From: Candidatus Bathyarchaeota archaeon
GTDB taxonomy: Archaea > Thermoproteota > Bathyarchaeia > Bathyarchaeales > Bathycorpusculaceae
DNA: 64,000 nucleotides
Reading direction: 5' to 3'
NCBI GenBank assembly: GCA_963775895.1
Contig: CAVZKL010000020.1
Span: forward strand, 1 to 64,000
Each line of letters starts with the position of its first letter. Position 1 is the first letter of the stretch. The translations under genes and the position numbers were made by a program. Below the pieces are notes generated by a model that was given only the letters and a program-made list of their open reading frames with translations, was not told the DNA's origin and ran no database searches. This document shows, one piece after another, positions 43,783-54,063 of the stretch.

Positions 43783-44499
43783 TCATGGAGGCGCAGGCTG
43801 CTGAGTTGTAGGCGGCGATGTTTGCGGCAACGATTGAACTGGTCGAGCCCTTCTTCTCCGCAAGATGACGATCACAGTCGCGAGCGTGACGATGACAACA
43901 GCCGCTGTGATGATTATCAGCCACTCAGAGTTCAAGCTAAACAAGCCTGTGCTCCACAGGTTTGTGTCCGTCAGCACGATTTCAAATGCGCCATTGCCGG
44001 TCGCGTTGTTCTGGAAGGAGCCTGTGGCTTCAAGAAACACTCCCGTTTGCTGATCCCAGTAGACCTTGGAAGAGATACCCAAGTAGGGCACGCGCGCGTC
44101 CGCCACTATAGCTTTTCTTCCGTTCCATTCTGTCACATTCTGAACTGTCACGCTTTCACTCGGAATAGTGTCTCCAAGTGCAAGGTTTGCAGGAATGATG
44201 ACCCCCGTCAGGAAACTGCCACCTCGCGTTGCAATGTCCATCTCGAACTGCGATGCTGGAATCATGTCTTGTCCTTGAACGCTGACCTCGTACGTTCCAG
44301 TTATGGTTGAACCCTGAACGGTCTGGATGTCAATCTCAAGGATTCCTGTTTCGTTTACCTGTTGAGTCGAAGTTGTTATGTTATACTTAATCCAATCACC
44401 GCTATTCACGCCTACCGCGTATTGGGCGCGTGCGAGATTTGTCTGAAGAGAAACGCAAAGAGCTAGGATTATCCACAAAGGAAGTTTGCTTCTTGCCAA
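43783..44499 (-). CDS. Secreted or membrane-anchored hypothetical protein
   Basis: Signal peptide, VGVNSGDWIKY, YWDQQTGVFLE, C-terminal TM + RRRR + Pro-rich tail. Confidence 0.8.
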   Translation of the reverse strand: MARSKLPLWIILALCVSLQTNLARAQYAVGVNSGDWIKYNITTSTQQVNETGILEIDIQTVQGSTITGTYEVSVQGQDMIPASQFEMDIATRGGSFLTGVIIPANLALGDTIPSESVTVQNVTEWNGRKAIVADARVPYLGISSKVYWDQQTGVFLEATGSFQNNATGNGAFEIVLTDTNLWSTGLFSLNSEWLIIITAAVVIVTLATVIVILRRRRARPVQSLPQTSPPTTQQPAPP

Positions 44500-45037
44500 G
44501 TTAGGCTTGCCTCTGATCTTCGATTTTTGTTTCTTCCAGACTATTAGAACCTTTCTGACACTGTGACCTGACCGAGAGTCTTGGCACTGAGACAGCGGCT
44601 AAGAATATATCGATTCTCGTAATATTATGGTTCGAGCAATTGTCTATATATGGACGACTGAAGTGAATGTTGCAAGTGATACGCACATATGAGCAATCGG
44701 ATGACAAGCAGGAAGTTCATTGAATTGTTCGATGCGCTGTGGCAGGAAGGTCCAACGATCGAATACAAAAACCCCGAGAATTGGACAAGGAATTAGATAC
44801 TTTCCTGTTAAGCGGGATCTGGGGGAAGGGGCAGGCTTCCAAACAGATTTTGAAGGTTTTAAGACTTATCATTGCTGGCAGCCAAGCTTCACGCAAGGGT
44901 GTTTCGTTCCATCAGCAATCATGTATTCAGTCTGATTCGCAGAGAGGCAATGAATTGCGCGGTTGACACCCGCACACGTGAATTGCTTTTTGTCTTATAT
45001 AGTTCCTGTTCTATACAGAATGAAGAGGTGCGATTAT

Positions 45038-45270
45038 ATGAACACAAGAATGATTGCTATGTACCTAGGCGTGTTGCTCATCATCATAGCGTTGATACTC
45101 GGCGGACTTCAACTCTTCAACATCTATGACTTCACTCCAGCCTTGGGAAAAGACATTTGTACGTGTACGGTTTGTTCGGAGTCATCGGCCTTATTGGCAT
45201 AATACTGGCGGCATGGAGCTTACTCACGAAAGAAGCACCTAAGGAAAAACCCGCGCAGACCAAGACTTAG
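45038..45270 (+). CDS. Small 2-TM membrane protein (frameshift near 45150)
   Basis: MNTRMIAMYLGVLLIIIAL.. continues ..YGLFGVIGLIGIILAAW..KT* in the next frame; GAGGTG RBS. Confidence 0.6.
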
Positions 45271-45467
45271 CACGCTCGAGAAAAGACGCATCCACATAAC
45301 CCTTTTTCTTTCTTACTTGCTGTTTCTCGTGCATATCCTGCAACGTGTTTGCGGTTTCAAAAAAACGGAACAACATCCGAGCCCAATTTTGGACTACGTG
45401 GAAACATAAAACATAAAACCAAGCTCAAGCCTTCTTACCGAGAGCGCTTATCAAGAAAAGACCTCTT

Positions 45468-45542
45468 GGGCCGGTAGTTCAGTCTGGCATGAACGCCGCA
45501 TTCGCAATGCGGAAGTCGCGGGTTCAAATCCCGCTCGGTCCA
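45468..45542 (+). tRNA. tRNA-Ala(CGC)
   Basis: Acceptor GGGCCGG/TCGGTCC-A, anticodon arm CCGCA-TTCGCAA-TGCGG, T arm GCGGG-TTCAAAT-CCCGC. Confidence 0.93.
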
Positions 45543-46142
45543 CTCCACGCGAACCCGGTCTAGTTTCGTTGATGAAAGAATTTTCAGAACTGTCTGGGAG
45601 ATGAGGAAAAGCGGCTATGCGGAGGCCACGGTTGAGGGTTGCAATTGCAAGTTGAAATTGCTGTCAAAGATCGCTGACTTGCACAATCCTGAGACCGTGA
45701 GAGAAGTCGTGGCGTTGAAGAAGTGCAGCGTCGCATTCAAAGAGGCTCTGGTCAATGCCTATGATCACACAGCTTCAGCCTGGAAGAGCAACTGTTTCCG
45801 AGTCCAAGGACGACGAGGCATGCTTGGGAAAGATATCGAAACGACGTTGCTAGGAAACTGCATCAACCAGAACTCAGAAAGATCAGACTCTACGATCTGC
45901 GACATTTCTTTGCGACCATGCTCTATCACCGGACGAAGGACATCCTCTATGTGAAGGAGCAGCTAGGCCACCGGAGACTCGAGAATACTTTGGTCTACAC
46001 GCACCTGGTCAACTTTGGCAGTGACGAGTATGTCTGTAAGGTTGCCAAGACTTCAGAAGACGCTAGGGCTCTCGTTGAAGGTGGCTTCGACTGCGTTGCC
46101 ACAAGCCCAGATGGATACATGCTCTTCAGAAAATTGAAATAG
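45541..46142 (+). pseudogene. Tyrosine recombinase int(C) fragment with internal deletion and frameshift near 45765
   Basis: N-part ..GYAEATVEG..NPETVREVVA..NAYDH; C-part IRLYDLRHFFATMLYHRTKDILYVKEQLGHRRLENTLVYTHL; box I Arg region missing. Confidence 0.85.
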
Positions 46143-46143
46143 T

Positions 46144-46884
46144 TCAAGATGGAAGCGGTTGAAACAAGGTCAACAACACCTCAGAAACGCCATTGACAAA
46201 ACTGAAGATGCCTTCAAGCCACTTTTTTGACTCACCTAGAACCTCAAGTTTTTCGTCAAATGTCAACGTAAATTCATCAGGATTATCTGGCAGGAACGGA
46301 TATTGAAAATCCACGAATTTCCCATTCTCGTATCTTGCTTGGCCTACGAAGTTCACAGGAGTTCTGTGAGTCACTCTGTTTCTCATTCGATGGAAATAGT
46401 CAAACCAAGACTGCCTTACCAACGCCTCAACCATTTCTTTTATGTCAAGTCGCAGGGTTTTCGCATCCAACAGTTCCATGAAGTAACCCACTTGTTTTTC
46501 CTCGCCTCTTTTCTTGACCTTCAAGTCAAAGATTTCTGATAATTCCACAGCCAAATAGTCAAGGATGGAATAGAGTTCAAAGACATAGATATCAATGTTC
46601 TCAATCAGCCCAAAGAAAATGTCTGCGTTTATGTAGAGGTTTTCTCCTTCATAGAAGGCTCTAGCTTCATGTTTTTGCAGCTTCTCAATGTTCTCTAGCA
46701 CGTCACACACAAAGGACATTTTGATGCCGATGCCGCCGTGCTGGTCGCTTACTCTTTCCCTGTCGAAAGCAATACTCGTCGACGTCCTAGTTTCCAGAAG
46801 ATTGGAAAGTTTGCCGAAGTTTGGAGTTGGAGGACCCTTCGTCCTCGTCGCCAAAATTGGAAGTTTCCGCGCCAACTGCTGCAC
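46144..46884 (-). CDS. HEPN-domain protein (Cthe_2314-like); start uncertain
   Basis: LYSILDYLA..EIFDL and the HEPN motif RNRVTH. Confidence 0.7.
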   Translation of the reverse strand: MQQLARKLPILATRTKGPPTPNFGKLSNLLETRTSTSIAFDRERVSDQHGGIGIKMSFVCDVLENIEKLQKHEARAFYEGENLYINADIFFGLIENIDIYVFELYSILDYLAVELSEIFDLKVKKRGEEKQVGYFMELLDAKTLRLDIKEMVEALVRQSWFDYFHRMRNRVTHRTPVNFVGQARYENGKFVDFQYPFLPDNPDEFTLTFDEKLEVLGESKKWLEGIFSFVNGVSEVLLTLFQPLPS

Positions 46885-46942
46885 CCACTATCGATTGCCA
46901 GCAGAGTTACCCTATATGCCTTTGCGCTGCGGCATGTTTCCA

Positions 46943-47482
46943 TCAGGGCATTGGTATATAGCCAGATGCAAGCGCAATGCCAAGCATCAAAAGGTAAGCT
47001 GCAATGAAGATGGCGATATGCTCCACAAGGGCATCAGCAGCTCGATATCGCAGGCGTTTGCTGGCGCTTTTCCCCTCGACCTCTCTGTATCGCAAAGTTG
47101 CAGGAAACGTGATCAAGAAGGCCAGAGAAGTTCCAGCCTGCACCCAAAGCCCCAAGGGAAACGGCGCTGCAGTGAAGCTGAGACCAATGAACAAGAGGAT
47201 TTCAAAAACGAAAAGGTTGCCCAGAAAGACCCAGCAGAACTCCCTTACAAGTCTTCTGAGAGGGATATCAAACGGCAGGCTTGGAAGAAGATCGTTCACG
47301 AGCCAAACCATGATCAATATCACAATCGGGATCGTCAATACTCTGAACACAAAATTCACGTTGCTCAAGTCTGCCGCGTATCTTACGGCAGCGTAACCAA
47401 GTTCGGAGGCCGCCAACACTGTCACTAGAAGCAGGCCGAGTTCAAACAGCTTGTCGATTCGATCTCTGTCCTTATCTGACAC
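46943..47482 (-). CDS. Multi-TM (about 5) membrane protein
   Basis: Hydrophobic helices; GAGGGG RBS upstream. Confidence 0.7.
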   Translation of the reverse strand: MSDKDRDRIDKLFELGLLLVTVLAASELGYAAVRYAADLSNVNFVFRVLTIPIVILIMVWLVNDLLPSLPFDIPLRRLVREFCWVFLGNLFVFEILLFIGLSFTAAPFPLGLWVQAGTSLAFLITFPATLRYREVEGKSASKRLRYRAADALVEHIAIFIAAYLLMLGIALASGYIPMP

Positions 47483-47676
47483 TCTGCGTTGTTCCCCTCA
47501 GTTGCCAAACAATACCTCATGGACCTGAATAAAAGGTTTCAACTGCTGACGAAAAGAGGTGTTTTCTCTGCCCGAGCGAAGAAGTCATCCGGTTCCATAA
47601 TGATCGAATTTATGTGGTTCGCTTTCACGTCAGGTTTATAATTACTAGAACAACTAGTGTTGAAATAGGTGACTAG

Positions 47677-48963
47677 ATGGCATTGGATGAACGAACTCGC
47701 AAGGGTCTGGACGATATTTTTGCGACAATTGAGGAACGCAAGGAGACGTTTGAGAAGGTTCTTATAGGTTTTGCATTCTCCCGGGGCGAAAAGAACGAGT
47801 GTAAACTGAGTTTTGGCTATTTACATTTCTTGAGAAAAGGCGAACCTCCGTTGGAAGATATGACCCTCGATTACGGCAACTTTGTTCTTATGAAGCGAAC
47901 GTTGGACGTGATCGAAGCTGTGGCTACGTTGCATTCTATATTGGAAAATCAGACTCTGATGTTTGAAGACTTGCAGCCTGTTTCGTCAAACGTTCATCTC
48001 GGAGAGATCGTGCATCTGAATAGCAACAAAAGATACTGGTATTCTTCAAATGAATGGCCTATGTTATACACTTATTTTCGAATAGATGACAGTGTTCGAG
48101 GAAATATCCCCTCGGACTCGCTGGCAAAACTTGGATTGCCCTTATTTCCGAGCGGCGCCGAAGCGATAAATGTCTTCTTTGGACTGCATCTCGCCCAAGA
48201 TTGGTCAACTCTGGAAAGCCGTATTGAGTTGCTTGTACCAGACTATAGAGCGAAAATCAAAAACCTTCGTCTTGCTGGCAACAGGATCACACTCGAAGTG
48301 GAGACTGGAGAAATTGCTGAGCATGACCTGAGGGGAAAATTCTATTGCAAAGACAAAAGAGGAAGCTGCATCTCTGAGGACCTGCCTTTGAAGAATGGGC
48401 TCGTCAGTTTTGTTGCTGAAAATGAGCCTCTGCTGGTTGAGGCTCACATAATTTCCACAGCAGACGGAAAATCAATAGATAAGAAAAGCTTCGACTACCG
48501 ATATCCATCGCAAGAAGGAGTAATTCTTGAGAATATCGAGACCCAGCTTATCGACATAATCGCCAAAGGAGAAAGCGCCAGCGTAGAATTCAAAGAAAAA
48601 CTGGATAATGGGGAATTTCTTGAAAGTGTCGTATCCTTCGCCAACACCGCCGGCGGGACAATATTCCTGGGAGTTGACGACAATTGCAGAGTCAAAGGTT
48701 TGAGGGACGACGTCAAAGATAGGATACTGAACCTAGTTATAGCAAATTGTGATCCTTCTATTGACATTCAAGTGGACTCAGGGGTTGAGGTGCAAGGAAC
48801 TCCGATAACACTAGTGAAGGTTCCTGAGGGTATGAACAAACCCTATGTTCTGAGAGACAGAGGTGTTTTTCTCAGAAGAGGGTCTTCTGACAGACAGGCC
48901 AAGAGGATCGAACTGGATGATATCTACACAAAGAAGCAGGGTTCACAATGGCCTTTGCGATGA
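47677..48963 (+). CDS. Protein with unknown N-terminal region and C-terminal Schlafen/AlbA_2 domain
   Basis: GESASVEFKE, SVVSFANTAGGTIFLGVDD, KPY..RRGSSD; GGTGA RBS. Confidence 0.85.
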   Translation: MALDERTRKGLDDIFATIEERKETFEKVLIGFAFSRGEKNECKLSFGYLHFLRKGEPPLEDMTLDYGNFVLMKRTLDVIEAVATLHSILENQTLMFEDLQPVSSNVHLGEIVHLNSNKRYWYSSNEWPMLYTYFRIDDSVRGNIPSDSLAKLGLPLFPSGAEAINVFFGLHLAQDWSTLESRIELLVPDYRAKIKNLRLAGNRITLEVETGEIAEHDLRGKFYCKDKRGSCISEDLPLKNGLVSFVAENEPLLVEAHIISTADGKSIDKKSFDYRYPSQEGVILENIETQLIDIIAKGESASVEFKEKLDNGEFLESVVSFANTAGGTIFLGVDDNCRVKGLRDDVKDRILNLVIANCDPSIDIQVDSGVEVQGTPITLVKVPEGMNKPYVLRDRGVFLRRGSSDRQAKRIELDDIYTKKQGSQWPLR

Positions 48964-48998
48964 TATGAAGGCGTCCATCAGCAGACTGAACTAGGCGG

Positions 48999-49232
48999 TC
49001 AGCCTCTTTCATCGTTGTTTCTTGCGGGCTCCATTTGGAGCGAGGCAATTTTTGCCTCGAGATCTCGCCTAGCAGCGATTTCGAGAGCCTCATCATATTC
49101 TCGCAAAACTTCTGTCAAGTCAACTTCCGTTCTGCTTTCTTTCGAAGCATCAATTTGAGGCTTCTCAACTTTGCCAGAAGATCGCAAGACCTCAATAACG
49201 TCCTTATTGATAACTCGCACAGCATAGAACAA
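48999..49232 (-). CDS. Small hypothetical ORF or remnant inside the island
   Basis: 77-aa charged ORF, no clear RBS. Confidence 0.3.
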   Translation of the reverse strand: MFYAVRVINKDVIEVLRSSGKVEKPQIDASKESRTEVDLTEVLREYDEALEIAARRDLEAKIASLQMEPARNNDERG

Positions 49233-49307
49233 TCTTCTAGACTTTTCTTCAGCTCGTTCTATATATCACACCGCATCCTGACGCCTCACCACAGGAGTTG
49301 TCAGGAT

Positions 49308-49382
49308 ATGAAAAAACACGAGTTTCTTGATGAACCTTCTTTCGGCAAAGAAGGTTCCGGGTTCAAATCCCGCCCGGTCCAC
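49308..49382 (+). pseudogene. Putative int(N) fragment running into the right att site
   Basis: AGGAG, then ATG 49308: MKKHEFLDEPSFGKEGSGFKSRPVH, the same att reading frame as int(C). Confidence 0.6.
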
Positions 49383-49706
49383 ACGAACTCTGTTAAGTCC
49401 TTGATGATTCAGTCGTGCGCGCTACTTCCGAATCAACAACACCAAGCCTATTATGGCGATTGCTGCCGAAACGCCCATTCCGGCTGTTGTCGTGATATTT
49501 CGAAGAGCGTAATACGCTGCAAATGTCCAGAATATCAAAATCAACCGAGCACAAGCAGACAAATTCCTATAGCGTGTTTATATTCCGTTTCCATTCTTTC
49601 TAATGCCTCCTCTTTTCGATCGCCTTTACTTAGATGGACTTGGAAACTATAATAAAAGGTTGTCTTTTTCTCTCTTTCGGTCCTGCGTGCTGATCGTGGA
49701 CGATCG

Positions 49707-50159
49707 TCACAGTGTTCCGGCGTAAACGTAGGTTCTTGAGATGTTCATTGCCTTGAGCGTCGCGTACCGGCAGTAGCCATCGACGAGCTGCATGTCTTCC
49801 TCCCTGACTACCAGAGGCCATATGACAACACCGAAGTTCTCAATCACCGTCTGAAGCTCTCGTCTTCTCTGTGTCAGTCTTTCTCTGAAGACGTAACCTC
49901 GTTCTCTGTCTACGTAATTCATGATTTCAGAATTCAGCCCTATTCTTTGAATCTCAGCTATTCTCAGACTCCATCTACGCTTCGACAGGGTCCTCAGCCA
50001 CGGGTCTTTCTTCGGGTCGCGATGCTCACTCTTCGCGTCCTCCTCCCATTCTCTACGGATCTCCGTCGTGATCAGATCCTCTATCCCGTCGGGATCTTCG
50101 ATTACCCAGTAGGTTATTCCTTCGAGCCTGCGGATCGGTGTGTTAACGAGTCTCACCAT
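49707..50159 (-). CDS. ParB/Srx-like domain protein
   Basis: WPLVVRE..QLVDGYCRY.TLK resembles the P.IV...DGxxR motif. Confidence 0.6.
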   Translation of the reverse strand: MVRLVNTPIRRLEGITYWVIEDPDGIEDLITTEIRREWEEDAKSEHRDPKKDPWLRTLSKRRWSLRIAEIQRIGLNSEIMNYVDRERGYVFRERLTQRRRELQTVIENFGVVIWPLVVREEDMQLVDGYCRYATLKAMNISRTYVYAGTL

Positions 50160-50364
50160 CTGGACAGAGCATTCCGTGTGAAGGTCTAATCTGAACTAAA
50201 TGTTCATATAATTATTGCGGGAGAGTTGCAATGGTTCGAAAACGTCCGGCTAACTGCAAAACTCTTTAAACCTTAACCCGCTTTTCTTAGCATGTAATGA
50301 CACCGAGAACGGCGATCAGCTCAGTGGTTTGATGGATCTTTACGAGATGGAAGAGTGAAGATGA

Positions 50365-51144
50365 GTGTCAATCAGTTTTAACATACCTTACCGCGACAAC
50401 AAGAAACTGGGACGAATTATTGACCAGGTGAGGAAGGACACTCAACTGCACACGTTTTGGAGATGTTCAAACGTCATGGCTATTGATCGCTTAGGCTATA
50501 CTGACCACGGTCCTACCCATGTGAAGATTGTCTCCAACCTTGCGCTCAAACTTCTGAGAATCCTGATCAAGCATCAGATCGTGCCCAGCATTGTGAAGAA
50601 CTATGGGATGCAGAATGAAGACGCCGAAGTTGTCGTCGTCATGGGCTCGATTTTTCACGATCTGGGCATGGCGGTCATGAGAGATCAGCACGAGGTTTAC
50701 GGCGCCTTGCTAGCGTTGGGGTTCATTGAAAAATACTTGCAGTCCATCTACTCCGACGATGAGCGAACGATAATCTGCTCTGAAGTTCTGCACGCGATCA
50801 CCTCCCACGAGGAACCGCACAAGCCTTTGACGATTGAGGCGGGCATCGTCCGCATAGCGGATGCCTTGGACATGGAAGAGGGAAGAGCCCGAATTCCCTT
50901 TCAAGCGGGAAAAATTGACATTCACTCGGTTTCGGCTTTGGCAATCGAGAAAGTTGAGATTCAGGAAGGCGAGGAAAAACCGGTCATCGTCAGAATAACG
51001 ATGTCAAACTCTGCTGGAATCTTCCAGATAGATGAACTGCTTAAACCGAGAATCCAAAACTCTGGGCTGCAGAACTACATTCACGTGGTTGCAGAGATCA
51101 CCTGGGAAAAAGAGAGAAGAATCATGGAAAAGTTCGAGTTCTAG
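50365..51144 (+). CDS. HD-domain phosphohydrolase
   Basis: GYTDHGPTH, FHDLG, ADALDM..GRARIP, IHSVSA. Confidence 0.9.
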   Translation: MSISFNIPYRDNKKLGRIIDQVRKDTQLHTFWRCSNVMAIDRLGYTDHGPTHVKIVSNLALKLLRILIKHQIVPSIVKNYGMQNEDAEVVVVMGSIFHDLGMAVMRDQHEVYGALLALGFIEKYLQSIYSDDERTIICSEVLHAITSHEEPHKPLTIEAGIVRIADALDMEEGRARIPFQAGKIDIHSVSALAIEKVEIQEGEEKPVIVRITMSNSAGIFQIDELLKPRIQNSGLQNYIHVVAEITWEKERRIMEKFEF

Positions 51145-51147
51145 GCT

Positions 51148-51585
51148 TCATTTTTCCAGAACACTCGTTTGCTTCAAGTGCCCCAGAGAGAAGCAGAGCA
51201 GATCAGCCGCTAATTGCTCGGTCTTCTTGCAAGCAATGCGTAACTGGCTGAGCTGAGCAGGCATCGCTCCTTGCGCTTTGCAGTCTTTCTCGAGTTCTCT
51301 GTACCTGTCCCAAGCTCTCTTGCTCTTCAAGATTTGCGAGTCTGCAAATTGGTTAAGACTGTTCGTTGAAGCTCGTAGCGAATTGAGGTCTTTCAGAGAC
51401 TGCGCATCATTCTTCTGGCTGATCCGCTGTTCGAGATGATTCATTTTCTCTTTCAGATTTCTGACGACCTCAACTGCGGCCTCGTAGTCTGCCTCAATTT
51501 CGTTTACTGCTGTTTCAATTCGTTCGACGAGGACCTGATTTTCATTCAAGACAAAACTGCTCCTGCCCTGCTTTTCAAAATTCAA
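51148..51585 (-). CDS. Coiled-coil hypothetical protein
   Basis: Heptad-like charged helices. Confidence 0.55.
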   Translation of the reverse strand: MNFEKQGRSSFVLNENQVLVERIETAVNEIEADYEAAVEVVRNLKEKMNHLEQRISQKNDAQSLKDLNSLRASTNSLNQFADSQILKSKRAWDRYRELEKDCKAQGAMPAQLSQLRIACKKTEQLAADLLCFSLGHLKQTSVLEK

Positions 51586-51668
51586 TAGCGATCCTGTCTT
51601 AACTAGGTTTTTGACTTCAAACCGAAAAAGTATTTACCGCAGTCAAGCAGCTTGAAAGAAACGACTAG

Positions 51669-52382
51669 GTGGGGTTGAAGAGGCAAATGGAAGTATCGTC
51701 TTCAATGGTGGAGTTTCAAGGTGGCAACAGTAAGAGGAAAACCCAAGGATATCTGGTGAGACCAGAAGCCGCGGGGAAATATCCTGCAGTGATCGTCATT
51801 CACGAGATTTGGGGGCTCGTGGATCATATTAAAGACGTGAGCAATCGGCTTGCAAGAGAAGGTTACGTTGCTCTTGCCGTTGACCTGTTTGATAGGAAAA
51901 CAGTTTCTAACATAGAAGAGGGGCGCAGCCTGCGTGAACTGTTCACGCAAGAAAAAATCTTGGGAGACTTGGACGGCGCGTTCATTTTGCTCAAGGCGTT
52001 GAAGTACGTCAATCCGAAGCGCATCGGAAGCATCGGTTTCTGCATGGGCGGAGGACTCTCACTTCTTCTGGCTTGCCATAACAAGGATCTGGCAGCCGCC
52101 GTTGTGTTCTACGGAAGAAACCCTTCACCGATAGATCTTGTGAAAAACATTCGTTGCCCGATCCTCTGCAACTATGCTGGCGATGACATGGCAATAACAG
52201 AGTCAGACATCAGTCTTCTGAGGCAGACGCTTACAAAATACGGGAAGGTATTCGACATCAAAGTCTTCCCAGGAGTGCCCCACGCTTTCTTCAACGATAC
52301 GAGAGAGAGCTATCGGCCCGAAGCCGCGAAAGAAGCGTGGGAGAGGACTCTTGATTTCTACAGGAAGTACCTGAAGCAGTGA
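51669..52382 (+). CDS. Dienelactone hydrolase family protein
   Basis: HEIWGL, GFCMGG, FYG, HAFFND. Confidence 0.92.
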   Translation: MGLKRQMEVSSSMVEFQGGNSKRKTQGYLVRPEAAGKYPAVIVIHEIWGLVDHIKDVSNRLAREGYVALAVDLFDRKTVSNIEEGRSLRELFTQEKILGDLDGAFILLKALKYVNPKRIGSIGFCMGGGLSLLLACHNKDLAAAVVFYGRNPSPIDLVKNIRCPILCNYAGDDMAITESDISLLRQTLTKYGKVFDIKVFPGVPHAFFNDTRESYRPEAAKEAWERTLDFYRKYLKQ

Positions 52383-52483
52383 AACTTGGGCAAATCTCCT
52401 CGTCTCCTTTCTCATGTGATGTTTTACGCGATGGACAAACAACGTTTAAGTTCAAGTCAAAACTCTTGGTCTCGCGGTGTGCT

Positions 52484-53314
52484 ATGATGCCGTCGAAGGT
52501 CGCCGTTGTTAGGGGCGAAAGAGGTCTTGAGCCAGTTTTCAGAGCTCTAGACATGATAGACTACCAGTCGGCACTGTCTGGCTACAGAACGGTCTTAATA
52601 AAGGTCAATTTCATAACGGTGGAGACATGGCAGACTGGTGCGACGACAGACCCGATCGTTGTCGAGGCAATCATAGATAAATTGAAGACTTTGCCCGTGA
52701 AAGTCTACGTCGTCGAATCGGACGCAACGATGACGGATGCTGACAAGGCCTTTGAAATGACGGGTATGAAGGAAATGGCTGAACGCAAGGGCGTCGAATG
52801 CCTGAACCTGAGACACGTGAAGGATAGAGTTAAAATTGACATTCCTAATGGTAAGACTCTGGGCAGCATTACTGTCCCTCGCATCGTCACCGAGTCTGCG
52901 GTCATAAGCGCGGCCAAGATGAAGACTCATTCGTCGACGAAGGTCACGTTGGGCATGAAGAACCTGTTCGGGCTCCTGCCTGACAAGATGAAGGGCAAGT
53001 ACCACCTCAAGGGAATAAGCAAGGTCATAACAGACATCAACAGCGTGATCAAACCAGCGTTAACAGTGATAGACGGGTTCGTCGCAATGGAAGGAAGCGG
53101 TCCCGTGGGCGGCGACCCCGTCCAAATGAACCTAATCATAGCCGGAAAAGACGTTCTTGCGACAGACGCAACTGCCTGCCGAATTATGGGATTCGACCCC
53201 CACGAAGTTGCTCACATTCGAATGGCCTACGAAAAAGGGTTGGGCGAAATTGACAACATCGAAATCGTCGGTGAAACACTGAGCAACGTCACTCGGCCGT
53301 TCAAGAGAGCTTAA
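52484..53314 (+). CDS. DUF362 domain protein
   Basis: VLIKVN, TTDP, KMKTH..VTLGMKN, IDG..AMEG.GP. Confidence 0.88.
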   Translation: MMPSKVAVVRGERGLEPVFRALDMIDYQSALSGYRTVLIKVNFITVETWQTGATTDPIVVEAIIDKLKTLPVKVYVVESDATMTDADKAFEMTGMKEMAERKGVECLNLRHVKDRVKIDIPNGKTLGSITVPRIVTESAVISAAKMKTHSSTKVTLGMKNLFGLLPDKMKGKYHLKGISKVITDINSVIKPALTVIDGFVAMEGSGPVGGDPVQMNLIIAGKDVLATDATACRIMGFDPHEVAHIRMAYEKGLGEIDNIEIVGETLSNVTRPFKRA

Positions 53315-53764
53315 CCCAGCTTCCATTGAACTGAAGCATTCTTTATTCTCATAAGACTCTCCTGAAAAGGCAATACGCAGTTTCTCGAGTTTGCGCATTA
53401 GTCTTGAACGATCAAAAAGTTTGATCGGTCATCCGCGTCTTTCATCACAGTAGCACCATCAGTCTGCTGCTTCGGTTCCTTGGTGCCTAATGGAAGAAGT
53501 CAAACGACGCGTGCGAACCGTGAGGGTGGCAGCAAGAAACAGAATTGTTTCTCCCATCTCCCCCTTTGCGAGGTGAGCATGGTGCTGCCTATCAGATGGC
53601 GAGTTCGCACGCGCCAATTGAACTATGGATGACATGGGACATATCGGGTTCTGGAGTGCTGTTACAGAGTAATCATCTAGAATCTACGTCTATTTGCACA
53701 GATAGAAATGTCTCTTGCGCAAATCAACGCGAAGCGTTGCAGAAAGCGTTTGATTGATCTTGTA

Positions 53765-54030
53765 TCATCCGTCTGGGGGCAAAGGGGAGACTGGTAGTCT
53801 TGTGCCTTTCTGCGAGTATGTTGGGATGTACGCGTATGGAGCGTCTCCTCCCGTGTAGACTCGCCCATCAGGAGGTGTTGTACTTGTCGAGGGGGTCTCG
53901 TTTGTCGAGGAATTAGGTGTGTTTTGATCTTTGGGGGTTTCAGTTGCAGAGTTGTTTGGAACAGGTTCGTTGGTAATACCTGGGTTTCCTTGAGAACCAT
54001 ATCCGTTGGACCCTTTGGGACACTGGAACC
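53765..54030 (-). pseudogene. Pro/Thr/Asn-rich linker remnant of a degraded surface protein
   Basis: Low-complexity NETPSTSTTPP; no proper start; begins at a CG run. Confidence 0.35.
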
Positions 54031-54063
54031 GCGCGCACACAATTTGATTCTGCATTAAGCACT

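Larger units (their letters stand above)
45519..49382. mobile_element. Integrated element in tRNA-Ala, bounded by 25-bp att direct repeats
   Basis: CGGGTTCAAATCCCGCTCGGTCCAC (45519-45543) vs CGGGTTCAAATCCCGCCCGGTCCAC (49358-49382), 1 mismatch; integrase remnant adjacent. Confidence 0.88.

Noticed and set aside
49345-49385. Second tRNA gene
   Set aside because: Only the T arm and 3' acceptor strand are present; this is the att duplicate.
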